Below, one piece after another: positions 39,912-50,156 of a DNA stretch of 64,000 nucleotides (within the stretch, counting starts at the first letter, position 1; each line of letters begins with the position of its first letter). A program made the position numbers and the translations under genes. The stretch is from an uncultured Actinomycetes bacterium (GTDB taxonomy: Bacteria > Actinomycetota > UBA4738 > HRBIN12). The stretch is taken from positions 2,304,001 to 2,368,000 of the forward strand of contig OY969934.1 of NCBI GenBank assembly GCA_963704725.1, in the 5' to 3' direction. The notes beneath the pieces were generated by a model. The model did not search any database. It was given only the letters and a program-made list of their open reading frames with translations, and had not been told where the DNA came from.

Positions 39912-41092
39912 GCCTTCTCCAGCGCCCGCTCGAAGTCCTCCGTGATATCGCCCGCGTCCTCGATGCCGACGCTCACGCGGATCAGGCCGTCACCGATCCC
40001 GGCGGCGCGACGGGCCTCGGCGTCGAGCTGTCGGTGCGTCGTCGACGCCGCGTGTCCCACCAGCGTGTGCGTGCCGCCGAGGCTCGAGGCCACCCAGGCC
40101 AGCTCGAGCGCGTCGCAGAATCGCTGGCCGGCCTCGACGCCACCCTCGATCTCGAAGGCGAGCATGCCGCCCGCGCCGCGAGGCAGCAGCCGGCGCGCCA
40201 GGGCGTGCTGGGGGTGGGAGGGAAGCCCCGGGTAGTGCGCGCGCTCGACCTTGGGGTGCTCCTCGAGGAACTCCGAGACCACCGAGGCGTTCTCGCAATG
40301 CTTGAGCATCCGCAGCTCGAGCGTGGCCAGGCCCCGCAGGCAGAGCCAGGCCTCGAACGGCGCCATCGTGCCGCCGGTCTCGATGGCCGTGTCGCGCAGC
40401 CGGGCCGCGTCTGCGGCCGAGCAGCACACGACCCCGCCGATCAGGTCGTTGTGGCCGCCGATGTACTTGGTCGCCGAGTGGATGACGTACGTGAACCCGA
40501 GGCGAGCCGGATCGCACAGGTACGGGGAGGCGAACGTGTTGTCGACCGCCGAGGGCACGCCCGCTTCCGCACACAGGCCGGCCAGCGTCTCGAGGTCCGC
40601 CACCGTGACGTTGGGGTTGGCGATCGTCTCGCAGTAGAAGAGCCTGGCTCCCGGCAGGGCGCTGCCCACCGCCTCGAGGTCGTGCGGGTTCACGAACGTC
40701 ACCTCGATGCCGTACCGCGGCTGGAGCTTGCGCAGCAGCGAGTAGGTCCCCCCGTAGAGCTCGGTGCTCGCGACGATCCGCTCGCCCGTCGCGGCCGCGG
40801 TCGTGAGGACCGTGTGGATGGCCGCCATGCCGCTCGCGAACGAGAACGCGGCCTCCGTCGTCTCGAGCTCCGCCATGAGGGTCTCGAACGCGAGGAGGGT
40901 GGGGTTGCCGTACCCCCGGGTGTAGGTGTAGCCGGGGCGCCGGAACGAGATCGTCTCCGCATAGTCCTCGGCCGTCTCGAACCGGAACGTGGACGTCTGG
41001 AAGATCGGGACGCTCGGCGTCTCCTGATCGATCGGCGGCGTCGGGGCGTGAACGGCACGCGTCGCGAAGCCTCGCCGCCGCTCCTCGTCCAC
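39908..41092 (-). CDS. Trans-sulfuration PLP enzyme (cystathionine gamma-synthase/lyase or methionine gamma-lyase family)
   Basis: YTRGYGNPT, SGMAA, YGGT, DNTFASP, HSATKYIGGH, SLGG, IRVSVGIED. Confidence 0.9.
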   Translation of the reverse strand: MDEERRRGFATRAVHAPTPPIDQETPSVPIFQTSTFRFETAEDYAETISFRRPGYTYTRGYGNPTLLAFETLMAELETTEAAFSFASGMAAIHTVLTTAAATGERIVASTELYGGTYSLLRKLQPRYGIEVTFVNPHDLEAVGSALPGARLFYCETIANPNVTVADLETLAGLCAEAGVPSAVDNTFASPYLCDPARLGFTYVIHSATKYIGGHNDLIGGVVCCSAADAARLRDTAIETGGTMAPFEAWLCLRGLATLELRMLKHCENASVVSEFLEEHPKVERAHYPGLPSHPQHALARRLLPRGAGGMLAFEIEGGVEAGQRFCDALELAWVASSLGGTHTLVGHAASTTHRQLDAEARRAAGIGDGLIRVSVGIEDAGDITEDFERALEKA

Positions 41093-41102
41093 GCCGCCCA
41101 GC

Positions 41103-41819
41103 CTACCCTCTCCGTTTCGCGCGTCGCGCCGCGCGTCGCGCCTCGGACCACTCCCGGGATCCGTCGAGCGTCCATCGAGCCGGGTAGCGCTCCCGGAGCT
41201 CGGAGACCAGGGCGCCCAGCGTGCCCATCAGCTCGTCGGTGAGGGGGCGCGCCTCCGCATCCTCGCGGCCGGCGACATCGATCGGCGCGCCCGCCCGCAC
41301 CCAGATGGGCCGCCCGAAGCTCAGGCTCTGCCGGCCACTCTTGCGCCACACGTACTGCCCGCCCCACGTGGCCACCGGAAGGATCGGCACGCCGCAGCGC
41401 ATCGCCAGGCGGACCGCGCCGGTCTTGCCCCGGCCCGGCGAGAAGTCCTCGGCCGTCGTGGTCGTGGTCCCTTCCGGATACACGACGACGATCTCGCCGG
41501 CGTCGAGCGCGCCCGCGGCATCGTCCAGGGGCGACTGGTCGCCGGATCCGCGGTCGACCCGGATCTGCCGTACGCCGCGAAGGACCGGCCCGAGCGCGGG
41601 GTGCTCGAAGAGCTCCTTCTTCGCCAGGAAGCGAGGGCGGCGCCCCGCCCTCACCACGAAGAAGGCGTGGGCGATGGGGTCGAGGTACGAGAGGTGATTC
41701 CCGGCGACGATCAGCGGCCCTTCGGCGGGGACCTGGTCCAGACCCTCGAACCGCCAGTTGAACCAGAGCTGGAAGGGCGGACGAAGGACCGACAACGTGG
41801 GGCGGTACCAGGGCTCCAG
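41103..41819 (-). CDS. Lysophospholipid acyltransferase (PlsC family)
   Basis: NHLSYLD, FLAKKELF, YPEGT, KTGAVRLA. Start probably CTG after GAAGGAGG. Confidence 0.88.
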   Translation of the reverse strand: MEPWYRPTLSVLRPPFQLWFNWRFEGLDQVPAEGPLIVAGNHLSYLDPIAHAFFVVRAGRRPRFLAKKELFEHPALGPVLRGVRQIRVDRGSGDQSPLDDAAGALDAGEIVVVYPEGTTTTTAEDFSPGRGKTGAVRLAMRCGVPILPVATWGGQYVWRKSGRQSLSFGRPIWVRAGAPIDVAGREDAEARPLTDELMGTLGALVSELRERYPARWTLDGSREWSEARRAARRAKRRG

Positions 41820-41903
41820 GACCGCACCTCCTTCCGAGCGCCGGATGCTACCGCGTCCCGGGCGGGGCCTCCCGATCGCCCGCCGGGGCGCTAGCCTTGG
41901 TCG

Positions 41904-42548
41904 ATGCGCGTCGTCGCCATCCCGGTGAAGGGACTGTCTCGCGCGAAGAGCCGGCTCGCCCCGGCGCTGTCGACGCTGGAGCGCGGCGCGCTCACGCTGG
42001 CCATGCTCGAGGACGTCCTCGACGTGGCGCAGGCGGTCGCGGGGTGGGAGACGTGGGTCGTCTCCCCCGACGAGGTGGCCCTGGAGATCGCAGCACGCCG
42101 CGGCGCTCGCGCGGTGGCCGAGGACAAGCCGGCGCTCGCGAACGCGATCCGGCAGGTGGAGCTCCTGGCGAAGGCGCAGGGAGCCGACGCGCTGGCCGTC
42201 CTGCCGGGGGACCTGCCGCTCGTGACGCCCGAGGCGCTCCAGGAGGCCCTGCGCACGCTCGGGGCGGTCGTGCTCGCGGGCTCGGCGGACGGCCGCGGGA
42301 CGAGCTTCCTGCTCCGCCGGCCCCCCAGGGTCATCCCAGCGCGGTTCGGGCCGGACTCGTTCCGTCGACACGTGGACATCGCGACCGAGCGCGGGGTGCC
42401 CGTGGCGATCGTGGAGCGACCGGAGCTCGCGTTCGACCTGGACCGACCCGGCGATATCCTCACGCTGCTGTCCGAGGGCCGCCGAGGGCGAACGCGCGAG
42501 GTCTGCATGCAGATGGATCTCGCCGAGCGGCTCCGGCACACCGCCTGA
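41904..42548 (+). CDS. cofC: 2-phospho-L-lactate/PEP guanylyltransferase (F420 biosynthesis)
   Basis: IPVKGLSRAKSRLA, AMLEDVL, GDLP, FGPDSFRRH, DLDRPGD. Confidence 0.92.
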   Translation: MRVVAIPVKGLSRAKSRLAPALSTLERGALTLAMLEDVLDVAQAVAGWETWVVSPDEVALEIAARRGARAVAEDKPALANAIRQVELLAKAQGADALAVLPGDLPLVTPEALQEALRTLGAVVLAGSADGRGTSFLLRRPPRVIPARFGPDSFRRHVDIATERGVPVAIVERPELAFDLDRPGDILTLLSEGRRGRTREVCMQMDLAERLRHTA

Positions 42549-42568
42549 GCCGACCGAGGAGGACCGCC

Positions 42569-42775
42569 GTGCCCCAGGGAACGATCAGGGACTTCGACCC
42601 GCAGAGCCGCGACGGATCCCTGCTCATGGAGGACCGGAGCGAGGTCCTCATCGATGCGACGTCCGTGGAGGGCGCCGGGATCCTGACCCTGCGGATCGGG
42701 CAGCGGGTCCGGTTCGACCTCGTCGAGGAGGGCGGTCACAAGGTCGCAAGGACCCTGCGTATCGTCACGATGTGA
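42569..42775 (+). CDS. Small OB-fold cold-shock-like protein
   Basis: MPQGTIRDFDPQSRDGSLLMED...LRIGQRVRF. GAGGAGG RBS. Confidence 0.75.
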   Translation: MPQGTIRDFDPQSRDGSLLMEDRSEVLIDATSVEGAGILTLRIGQRVRFDLVEEGGHKVARTLRIVTM

Positions 42776-42788
42776 GCGGGGATCGGCG

Positions 42789-43097
42789 CTAGCCGCGGCG
42801 GGGCGTGGCCCGGCGGCGCCGGGTCGCGATCATGTCCTTGAACTCCTTGCCCGCCGTGAACCACGGCAGATCGCGCGCCGGCACGACGATGGGGGTCTCC
42901 GGCTTGCGCGGGTTCCGCGCGATGCGCTTGTTGCGGCGTTTGCGCTCGAAGGTGCCGAACCCCACAAGCGAGACGCGGTCGCCCCGGGCCACCGTGTCCC
43001 GGATGACGTCCATCGACGCGTCGAACATCCTCGCCACGTCCGCCTTGCTGGAGCCGGTTCGCTTCGCGACCTCGGCCACCAGACCGTTCTTGTTCAT
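42789..43097 (-). CDS. hup: HU family DNA-binding protein
   Basis: MNKNGLVAEVA, VSLVGFGTF, RNP, FTAGKEFKD. Confidence 0.93.
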   Translation of the reverse strand: MNKNGLVAEVAKRTGSSKADVARMFDASMDVIRDTVARGDRVSLVGFGTFERKRRNKRIARNPRKPETPIVVPARDLPWFTAGKEFKDMIATRRRRATPRRG

Positions 43098-43123
43098 GCA
43101 TCGCCTCCCGCGTTCGTTCCTGC

Positions 43124-43153
43124 ACCGTAACGAGGTCCGGCGCAAACGGTCAA
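43124..43153 (-). promoter_or_regulatory. SigA-type promoter of hup
   Basis: TTGACC-N18-TACGGT, followed by GGGAGG RBS. Confidence 0.65.
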
Positions 43154-43315
43154 TGCAGAGTACCCCCGGCCGCAGGCCCCGAACCCTAGGACCGTCGCCG
43201 GTGCGCCGCACACTCTCGGCCCGCTCACAGGTCCCTCTCCCGGAGGGCACGGGTTCGGGTTCGCTCGACCATGGGTGCAGCGGCGCATCGGACGCCGGGA
43301 CGGAAGGAGCATCTG

Positions 43316-43777
43316 ATGGACGACACAGGCGCGAACGGGAGAGCGAGGCTTCCCCGTCGCACGCGGCTCGCGGGAGCCGGTCTCGTCGCGGGCGGTCTGG
43401 CGATCGGCGCGATCCTGGCGGGAACCAGCATCGCCGGGGCACAGAGCGCGACGCCGGGCGCCACGCCCTCGGCAACGGCTCCCGCCTCGAACGGCGGCCT
43501 CGACCCCGCGACCGTGGACCACGGGCCGGGCGAGACCCTCCTGAAGGACGGCGACGCCACGAAGGCCGAGGCCGCGGCGCTGGCCGAGGTTCCGGGCGGC
43601 ACGGTCGTCCGCGTGGAGACCGACTCGGACGGCGCGGCCTTCGAGGCGCACGTGCAGAAGGCCGACGGCAGCGTCGTCACGGTGAAGATGGACGAGGACT
43701 TCACGGTCACGTCCACCGAGTCCGGCTTCGGCGGCGGGCCCCAGGGGGCGGCACTTCCGGACGGAGCGAACGGGTGA
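43316..43777 (+). CDS. Exported PepSY-like protein
   Basis: Signal/TM segment, then AALAEVPGGTVVRVETDSDG..FEAHV..ADG. GAAGGAG RBS. Confidence 0.7.
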   Translation: MDDTGANGRARLPRRTRLAGAGLVAGGLAIGAILAGTSIAGAQSATPGATPSATAPASNGGLDPATVDHGPGETLLKDGDATKAEAAALAEVPGGTVVRVETDSDGAAFEAHVQKADGSVVTVKMDEDFTVTSTESGFGGGPQGAALPDGANG

Positions 43778-43791
43778 TCGATCCCCCGATG

Positions 43792-43821
43792 CGAGGGGTC
43801 CGGCTCACGCCGGACCCCTCG
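43792..43821. terminator. Hairpin between convergent genes, probable bidirectional terminator
   Basis: Perfect 13-bp stem CGAGGGGTCCGGC/GCCGGACCCCTCG with a 4-nt loop. Confidence 0.6.
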
Positions 43822-43839
43822 TGCCGTTTCGAGACCTCG

Positions 43840-43910
43840 CTGGCGGGCAGGGACTCGAACCCCAACTTCCAGGGCCAGAACCTGGCGTCCTGCCATTAGA
43901 CGACCCGCCA
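43840..43910 (-). tRNA. tRNA-Gln(CTG)
   Basis: TGGCGGGTCGTCTAATGGCAGGACG CCAGG-TTCTGGC-CCTGG AAGTTGGGGTTCGAGTCCCTG CCCGCCAG. CCA end is not encoded. Confidence 0.96.
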
Positions 43911-43967
43911 CCGGCGGTCAGCCATGGTACCCGTCGCGGTCCTCCTCCGGCCGGAGGCGGCCGCGGG

Positions 43968-44957
43968 CTACGCCATCGTCAGGGCCATGAGCGCCTTGCC
44001 CGTGTGCATCCGGTTCTCGGCTTCGTCGTAGACGACCGAGTGCGGGCCGTCGATCACCGCGTCGGTGACCTCCGTGCCGCGGTCGGCGGGCAGGCAGTGC
44101 ATGTAGAGCGAGTCGCCCTTGGCCAGGTCCATCCGACGCTCGTCGCAGATCCAGTCGCGGTACCTGGCGGCGTCGGCAAGCGCCGCGGGCTCGTCCGTGA
44201 ACAGGTCGAGCCGGCCCCACGACTTGGGGTACACGACGTCGGCGCCCTCGAACGCGGCGTCCATGTCGTTCGTGAACTCGATCGACCCGCCGCCTTGCCC
44301 GGCAAGCTCTTCGGCGTTCTTGCGGACCTCCGGCATCAGGTCGAAGCCGGGAGGGTGCGCCAGGACGACGTCGATGCCGTATCGCGGCAGCAGCGTGATG
44401 AGCCCCTGGGGGACCGAGAGCGGCTTGGCGTAGCTCGGCGCGAACGCCCAGCTCACGGCCACCCGCATGCCGCGGAGGTCGTCGCCTCGCTGCTCACGCA
44501 GGGTCATGAGGTCGGCCAGCGTCTGGGTGGGGTGGTCGACGTCGCACTGCAGGTTGATCACGGGGATCTCGGCCCACCGGGCCACCTCGCGCATGTAGGC
44601 GTTGCCCTCGTACGGCTCGAGGTCGTGGCGGATGGCCAGGCCGTGACCGTACCGGGACAGGATGATCCCCATGTCCTTGGGGCTCTCGCCATGCGCGACC
44701 TGGGTCTTCTCGGCGTCCAGGAAGTGCGCGTGCGCGCCGAGCTGCGTGGCTCCGGCCTCGAACGCGTTCCTCGTGCGCGTCGACTTGTCGAGGAACAGCA
44801 TGAACAGCGTCTTGTCCGGCAGCAGCCGGTGGGACTCGCCGGCCTTGAACTTGGCCTTGAGCTCGCGCGCGAACGCGACGGCCTCGTCGATCTCCTCGGT
44901 GCTCCAGTCCCGCGTCTCGATGTAGTCCCTGCCTCGGAGCGACGAACGGTCGGTCAC
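43968..44957 (-). CDS. YgeW-like (knotted) carbamoyltransferase
   Basis: STRT, NLQCDVDHPTQ, SWAFAPSYAKPLSVPQG, VYPKSW, YMHCLPAD all match YgeW-type signatures. Confidence 0.85.
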   Translation of the reverse strand: MTDRSSLRGRDYIETRDWSTEEIDEAVAFARELKAKFKAGESHRLLPDKTLFMLFLDKSTRTRNAFEAGATQLGAHAHFLDAEKTQVAHGESPKDMGIILSRYGHGLAIRHDLEPYEGNAYMREVARWAEIPVINLQCDVDHPTQTLADLMTLREQRGDDLRGMRVAVSWAFAPSYAKPLSVPQGLITLLPRYGIDVVLAHPPGFDLMPEVRKNAEELAGQGGGSIEFTNDMDAAFEGADVVYPKSWGRLDLFTDEPAALADAARYRDWICDERRMDLAKGDSLYMHCLPADRGTEVTDAVIDGPHSVVYDEAENRMHTGKALMALTMA

Positions 44958-45005
44958 GGTGGTCTCCCCCTCTGCTCTGGGTCGGGCTTCTCTCGGGCTT
45001 CGCGA

Positions 45006-47391
45006 TCAGCCCCCGGAAAGGGCGCTCTGGCCGAGCTCGGCACCGAAGTACTCGGGCACGGGCCGCTGGCCGGGGACCTCGGGCACCGGCGGCCACGGCG
45101 GGGCCTCGAGTCGCCGCAACCCGACGACGTCGTCCGGCTGCACGGGCGCGCGGTTCAGCTCGCGGCCGGTGGCCTCGCGGATCGCGGCGACGACGGCGGC
45201 GGTCGAGACGATCGTCGAGATCTCGCCAACCCCCTTCGCCCCGAACGGCACGTCGGGTTCGGGGTCCTCGACGACCGTGGTGACCACCGGCGGCATGTCC
45301 AGGATCGTGGGGATGAGGTAGTCGGTGAAGGACGCGTTCGCGATCCGGCCCTCCCGCAGGCGGAGCTCCTCCATCACGGCCAGCCCCAGACCCTGGGCGC
45401 TCCCGCCCTCGCTCTGCCCCTCCACCCCCTGCGGGTTGAGCGCCGCACCGACGTCGAGCGCCGACGCGAGCTGGACCGCCTTCACCAGGCCGAGCTCCTC
45501 GTCCACCTCGACGACGGCTCGCATCGCGCCGAACGCGAACATGACGTGGACGTCGCCCTGGCCGCGCTCGTCGAACCCCGTCGTCTCGCGGTGGTGGAAG
45601 GTGCGGGTGGCGACGACGGCCTCCTCGAGCAGGTCGACCAGGTCCGCGATCGGCACGCCGTCGGCCAGCACCTGCCCGTCGGCGAGCGAGAGGTTCCCCT
45701 CGGGCTGCAGCCGAGCCACGGCCCGGGCCAGGACCTCCTCGGCGACCGCGCGCGACGCGGCCTGCACGGCCCCTCCGCCCATGAACGTCTGCCGCGACGC
45801 GCTCGTCGAGCCGGCGGACTCGACCTGCGTGTCGGCCGAGTGCAGCGTGACGTCCTGCACGCCGAGCTCCTCGCGCGCGATCTGGGTGACGATCGTCGAG
45901 AACCCCTGGCCGCACTCGACGCCGGCACTGTGGACCTCGACGACGGGCCCCTGCGGCCCGGCCGAGAGCGTCACCCTGGCCTGGTGGAAGTCGTCGAATC
46001 CCTCGCTGTAGGCGATGTTCTTGTAGCCGACCGCGAAGCCGACGCCCCGTCGCAGCCCCTCGCCGTGGCCGACGTTGCCGGCGCCGCCCGGAAGGCCCAT
46101 CGGATCGCGCGCCGCCGGGGGCTCGGGATCGGGAGGCAAGGGGAGCGCCCGGCACCGCTCGATCACCTCTCGGACGGGAGCGCTGCCCCGGATCACCTGT
46201 CCGGTCGGCAGGACCGAGCCCGGGCCGACGACGTTGCGCAGACGCAGCTCGACGGGGTCGAGGCCGAGCGTCTGCGGCCAGCCGGTCCATGTTGGCCTCG
46301 TGGGCGAAGCAGACCTGCGGCGCACCGAAGCCGCGCATCGCGCCGCACGGCGGGTTGTTCGTGTAGACGGCCGTCCCCTGAAGGAGCGCGTTCGGCACCT
46401 CGTACGGCCCGGCCAGGAACGTGGTCGCGTTGCCGATCACCGCCGGCGAGGACGAGGCGAACGCGCCGCCGTCGATCACGATCCGACCGCGCACGGCGAC
46501 CAGCCGCCCGTCCCGCGTCGATCCGGTCCGCAGCCAGATCCGCGCGGGGTGCCGGTGGACGTGGGCCAGGAACGACTCCTCGCGGCCGTACGACATCTTC
46601 ACCGGCCGCCCGGTGCGCATCGCGAGGAGACAGGCGTGGATCTGCATGTGGAGGTCCTCGCGGCTCCCGAACGCGCCGCCCACCCCGGCCAGGGTGATCC
46701 GCACGCGCTCCTCGGGAAGGCCGAGCACCGGGGCGATCTGCTGCCGGTCGACGTGGAGCCACTGCGTCGAGACGATCAGGTCGATCCCGCCGTCCTCCGC
46801 CGGGATGGCCAGGCCGGCCTCCGGCCCGAGCGCGGCCTGGTCCTGCATCCCGGTTTCGTAGTAGCCCTCCACCCAGACCTCGGCGTCGGCGTCGGGGTCC
46901 CCGTGCTCGATGCGGACGTGCCGCAGCACGTTGCCCCACTCGCGGAGCTTCGGCGCGCCGGGCTCGAGCGCGCCGACCATGTCGAGCACCGGGTCCAGGA
47001 CCTCGTACTCGACGTGGATCCGGGCGGCGGCGCGTTTGGCGAGCTCGAGGGTCTCGGCAGCGACCACGGCGACCGGTTGGCCGGCGTGCAGGACCACGTC
47101 CCACGGCAGCACCGGCTGGTCCGAGAACTCGAGCCCGTACGTCTTCTTGCCCGGCACGTCCTCGTGGGTCAGGACGGCCTGGACGCCGGGGCTGGTGAGC
47201 GCCTCGGCCACGTCGATCCGCAGGATCCGGGCGTGCGGGTGTGGGCTTCGGAGCGTGGCACCCCACAGCATGCGCTCGTGCCACAGGTCGCTCCCGTACG
47301 CGAACGTTCCCTTCGCCTTGGGGACGCCGTCCACCCGGCGGACGCGTTCGCCGACCCGCCCTCGCGTGCGCTCCCCGAGCCGCGTGCTCAT
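45006..47391 (-). CDS. Xanthine dehydrogenase Mo-binding subunit (PucD-like), with one frameshift near 46276
   Basis: LRSPHPHA, GGAFGSRE, GAMRGFG. After the shift: LGLDPVELR, TSASRQT, GAKGVGE. Confidence 0.88.
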
Positions 47392-48743
47392 GCGCGCTCA
47401 CCCCCGATCCGAGCGCCGATCCGACGCCCCTCGCGAGCGATCTCGTCCTCGTCCGCCGTCACCAGGCGCCCGTCGCGCACGACGATGTGGCCCTCCACCA
47501 CGAGGTTCCGGACGCGCTCGCTGGCACCCATCAGGAGGCCCGCGACGGGATCGGCGTCCGTCCCCGCGTGGGCGATGCCGTCGACCCCGAACAGCGCGAC
47601 GTCGCCCCGCTTGCCCGGCTCGATCGATCCGACGTCGTCGCGGCCGAGCACCTCCGCACCGCCGCGTGTGGCGAGACGAAGCGCCTCGCGCGCCGTCAGC
47701 CCGCGCTCCGGCCCCCCGGCGCGCGACACGAGCATGGCCTGGCGGATCTCGGCGAACAGGTCGCACGGCTCGTTCGAGGCCGACCCGTCCACGCCCAGGC
47801 CGACCCGCGCCCCCTCGTCGACCAACGCGCGGACCGGAGCGATCCCGGCGCCGATCCGCAGGTTGGAGGAGGGGCAGGAGGCCACGCCCGTCCGCGTGTC
47901 GGCGATCCGCCGGACGTCCTTCTCGTTCAGGTGGATGGCGTGGGCGAACCACACGTCGGGGCCGAGCCAACCCCAGTCGTCCATCAGCTCCAGCGGGCGG
48001 CGTCCGAAGCGCTCGAGGCAGAACCGCTCCTCGTCGAGCGTCTCGGCGAGGTGCGTGTGCATCGGCACGCCGAGCCGGCGAGCGAGCTCGGCGCTCTCCC
48101 GCATCAGCCGCTCGGTCACGCTGAACGGGGAGCACGGCGCGAGCGCGACGCGGAGCATCGACCCGGGTGACGGGTCGTGGAACCGGGCCACGGCCTCCTC
48201 CGACCTCGCGAGCGCGTCGTCCGTGGACTCCACGACGGAGTCGGGCGGCAGCCCGCCGGCCGACTGGCCGAGGTCCATCGAGCCGCGGCACGGATGGAAG
48301 CGCACCCCGAGCTCACGCGCGGCGCCGATCTCCACCTCGAGGAGATCGCCCGCGCCCGCGGGGTGGATGTAGTGGTGGTCGGTGGTGGTCGTGCAGCCGG
48401 ACAGCGCCAGGAGCGCGAGCCCCACGCGCGCCGACGCCCGCTCCCACTCCGCGTCGACGCCCGCCCACACCGGGTACAGCTCGACGAGCCACCCGAACAG
48501 CCCCTGCTCTCTGGCCCGGGCCCGGGTGAGCACCTGATACAGGTGGTGGTGGGTGTTCACCAGACCGGGCAGGGCGATCTGACCACGGCCGTCGAGCCGC
48601 TCGTCGGGCTCGGCAGGCGGCGCCCCGGTCCCGACCCAGGCGACGGCCCCGTCCTCGATCAGGATCGAGCCGCCGGTCACCTCGGCGCCGTCGTCGCCCA
48701 TCGTGACGACGACGTCGCACGCCTCGATCAGGAGCCTGCTCAC
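47388..48743 (-). CDS. 8-oxoguanine deaminase-like amidohydrolase
   Basis: NTHHHLYQ, GCTTTTDHHY, RGSMD, APCSPFSV, HTHLAET, GVDGSASN. Confidence 0.85.
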   Translation of the reverse strand: MSRLLIEACDVVVTMGDDGAEVTGGSILIEDGAVAWVGTGAPPAEPDERLDGRGQIALPGLVNTHHHLYQVLTRARAREQGLFGWLVELYPVWAGVDAEWERASARVGLALLALSGCTTTTDHHYIHPAGAGDLLEVEIGAARELGVRFHPCRGSMDLGQSAGGLPPDSVVESTDDALARSEEAVARFHDPSPGSMLRVALAPCSPFSVTERLMRESAELARRLGVPMHTHLAETLDEERFCLERFGRRPLELMDDWGWLGPDVWFAHAIHLNEKDVRRIADTRTGVASCPSSNLRIGAGIAPVRALVDEGARVGLGVDGSASNEPCDLFAEIRQAMLVSRAGGPERGLTAREALRLATRGGAEVLGRDDVGSIEPGKRGDVALFGVDGIAHAGTDADPVAGLLMGASERVRNLVVEGHIVVRDGRLVTADEDEIAREGRRIGARIGGERA

Positions 48744-49213
48744 GCCAGTGCCTCCCGGCGCCGTTGCGCCGCAAGCGAAACGGCGTCGACGATCTTCTGG
48801 TAGCCCGTGCACCGGCACAGGTTCCCCGAGAGCGCCTCGCGCACGGCGAGGTCGTCGGGCGCCGGGTCGCGTTCGAGGAGGTCGGTCACCGCCACGATCA
48901 GCCCGGGCGTGCAGAACCCGCACTGCACCGCGCCGGCCTCCACGAACGCCTCCTGCACCGGATGCAAGAGGTCGCCGTCGGACAGCCCCTCGACGGTCCG
49001 GACCTCGCGCTCGTGCGCCTGGGCCGCGAGCACGAGGCACGAGCACACGAGCTCGCCGTCGAGCCACACCGAGCAGGAGCCGCACTCCCCCTGCTCGCAC
49101 GCGTTCTTCGACCCCGGGAGCCGGAGCTCGTCGCGCAGGAACGACAGCAGGCTCGAGCCCTCCCAGGCGTCGGCCTCCCGCCACTCCCCGTTGACGCGGA
49201 CCCGGATCAGCAC
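48740..49213 (-). CDS. XDH/CoxS-type (2Fe-2S)-binding subunit
   Basis: CEQGECGSC...C, QCGFCTPG, GNLCRCTGY. Confidence 0.93.
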   Translation of the reverse strand: MLIRVRVNGEWREADAWEGSSLLSFLRDELRLPGSKNACEQGECGSCSVWLDGELVCSCLVLAAQAHEREVRTVEGLSDGDLLHPVQEAFVEAGAVQCGFCTPGLIVAVTDLLERDPAPDDLAVREALSGNLCRCTGYQKIVDAVSLAAQRRREALA

Positions 49214-49271
49214 GGCCCGCCCCCCTCCGTGCCGGGCCGAACGCTCGCCTGCGGGCTCCCTCCCCGGGCGC

Positions 49272-50153
49272 TCACGACACCATCGCCTCCTCGGCGCGCT
49301 CCTCCATCGCCCAGCCGAGCGCGCGACGCGCCAGCACGCGGACGCCGTGCCGACGGTAGGCGGCCGTTCCCCGAACGTCGTCGATCGGGCTCGCCGCCTC
49401 CGCCACCTGTTCCGCGAACGCCTCCGCGACGCCCGGGGCGAGCGGCGCCGCGAGGTCGTCCCACGCGCCGGCGCGCTCGAGCTCGGCGACGAGCGCGGCC
49501 TCGGCGCCGGGGGCCCGAACGACGGTCGGGGCCACCGAGCCGAGGGCGACCCGCACGCTGCGACTCGCCTGATCGAGGACGAGGCACAGCGCCGCAACCG
49601 AGATCACCATCGCGTTGCGCGTGCCGATCTTCGAGAACGACTGCGGCCCGCCGGCGGTCCGCCACCGGGCCCCGAGGATCAGCTCGTCGGCCTCGAGCGC
49701 GTTCCGCTTCACCCCGAGCAGGAAGCCGTCCCACGGCAGCCACCGCTCGCCCCGCGCCGCCGAGACGAGCCCGATCTCCGCGTCGTGGGCCGCGAGCACG
49801 GGGAGCGCGTCGCCCGCCGGCGACGCCGTCCCGAGGTTGCCGCCCACGGTCCCCCGGTTCCGGATCTGGGGCGAGCCGACGGAGCGCGACGCCTCGGCCA
49901 GGGCGCGGAGCTGCGGCAGCTCCCGCTGGATCCGCGCATAGGTGACGCCGGCCCCGAGGACGACCAGCCCGTCGTCGATCCGCCACGTACGGAGCTCGGG
50001 CAGGCGAGACACGTCCAGGATGGCCTCGGGCCTGGCCAGGTCGAAGTTGATCTCCACCATGAGGTCGGTCCCGCCGGCGATCGGCACGGCCTCGGGATGG
50101 GCGGCGCGCAGCTCGAGCGCCTCCGCGAGCGTGGTCGGCAGGTAGGCCTCCAC
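49272..50153 (-). CDS. XDH/CoxM-type FAD-binding subunit
   Basis: IAGGTDL, SPQIRNRGTVGGN, SPAGD, PIDDVRGTAAYR. Confidence 0.93.
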   Translation of the reverse strand: MEAYLPTTLAEALELRAAHPEAVPIAGGTDLMVEINFDLARPEAILDVSRLPELRTWRIDDGLVVLGAGVTYARIQRELPQLRALAEASRSVGSPQIRNRGTVGGNLGTASPAGDALPVLAAHDAEIGLVSAARGERWLPWDGFLLGVKRNALEADELILGARWRTAGGPQSFSKIGTRNAMVISVAALCLVLDQASRSVRVALGSVAPTVVRAPGAEAALVAELERAGAWDDLAAPLAPGVAEAFAEQVAEAASPIDDVRGTAAYRRHGVRVLARRALGWAMEERAEEAMVS

Positions 50154-50156
50154 GGC

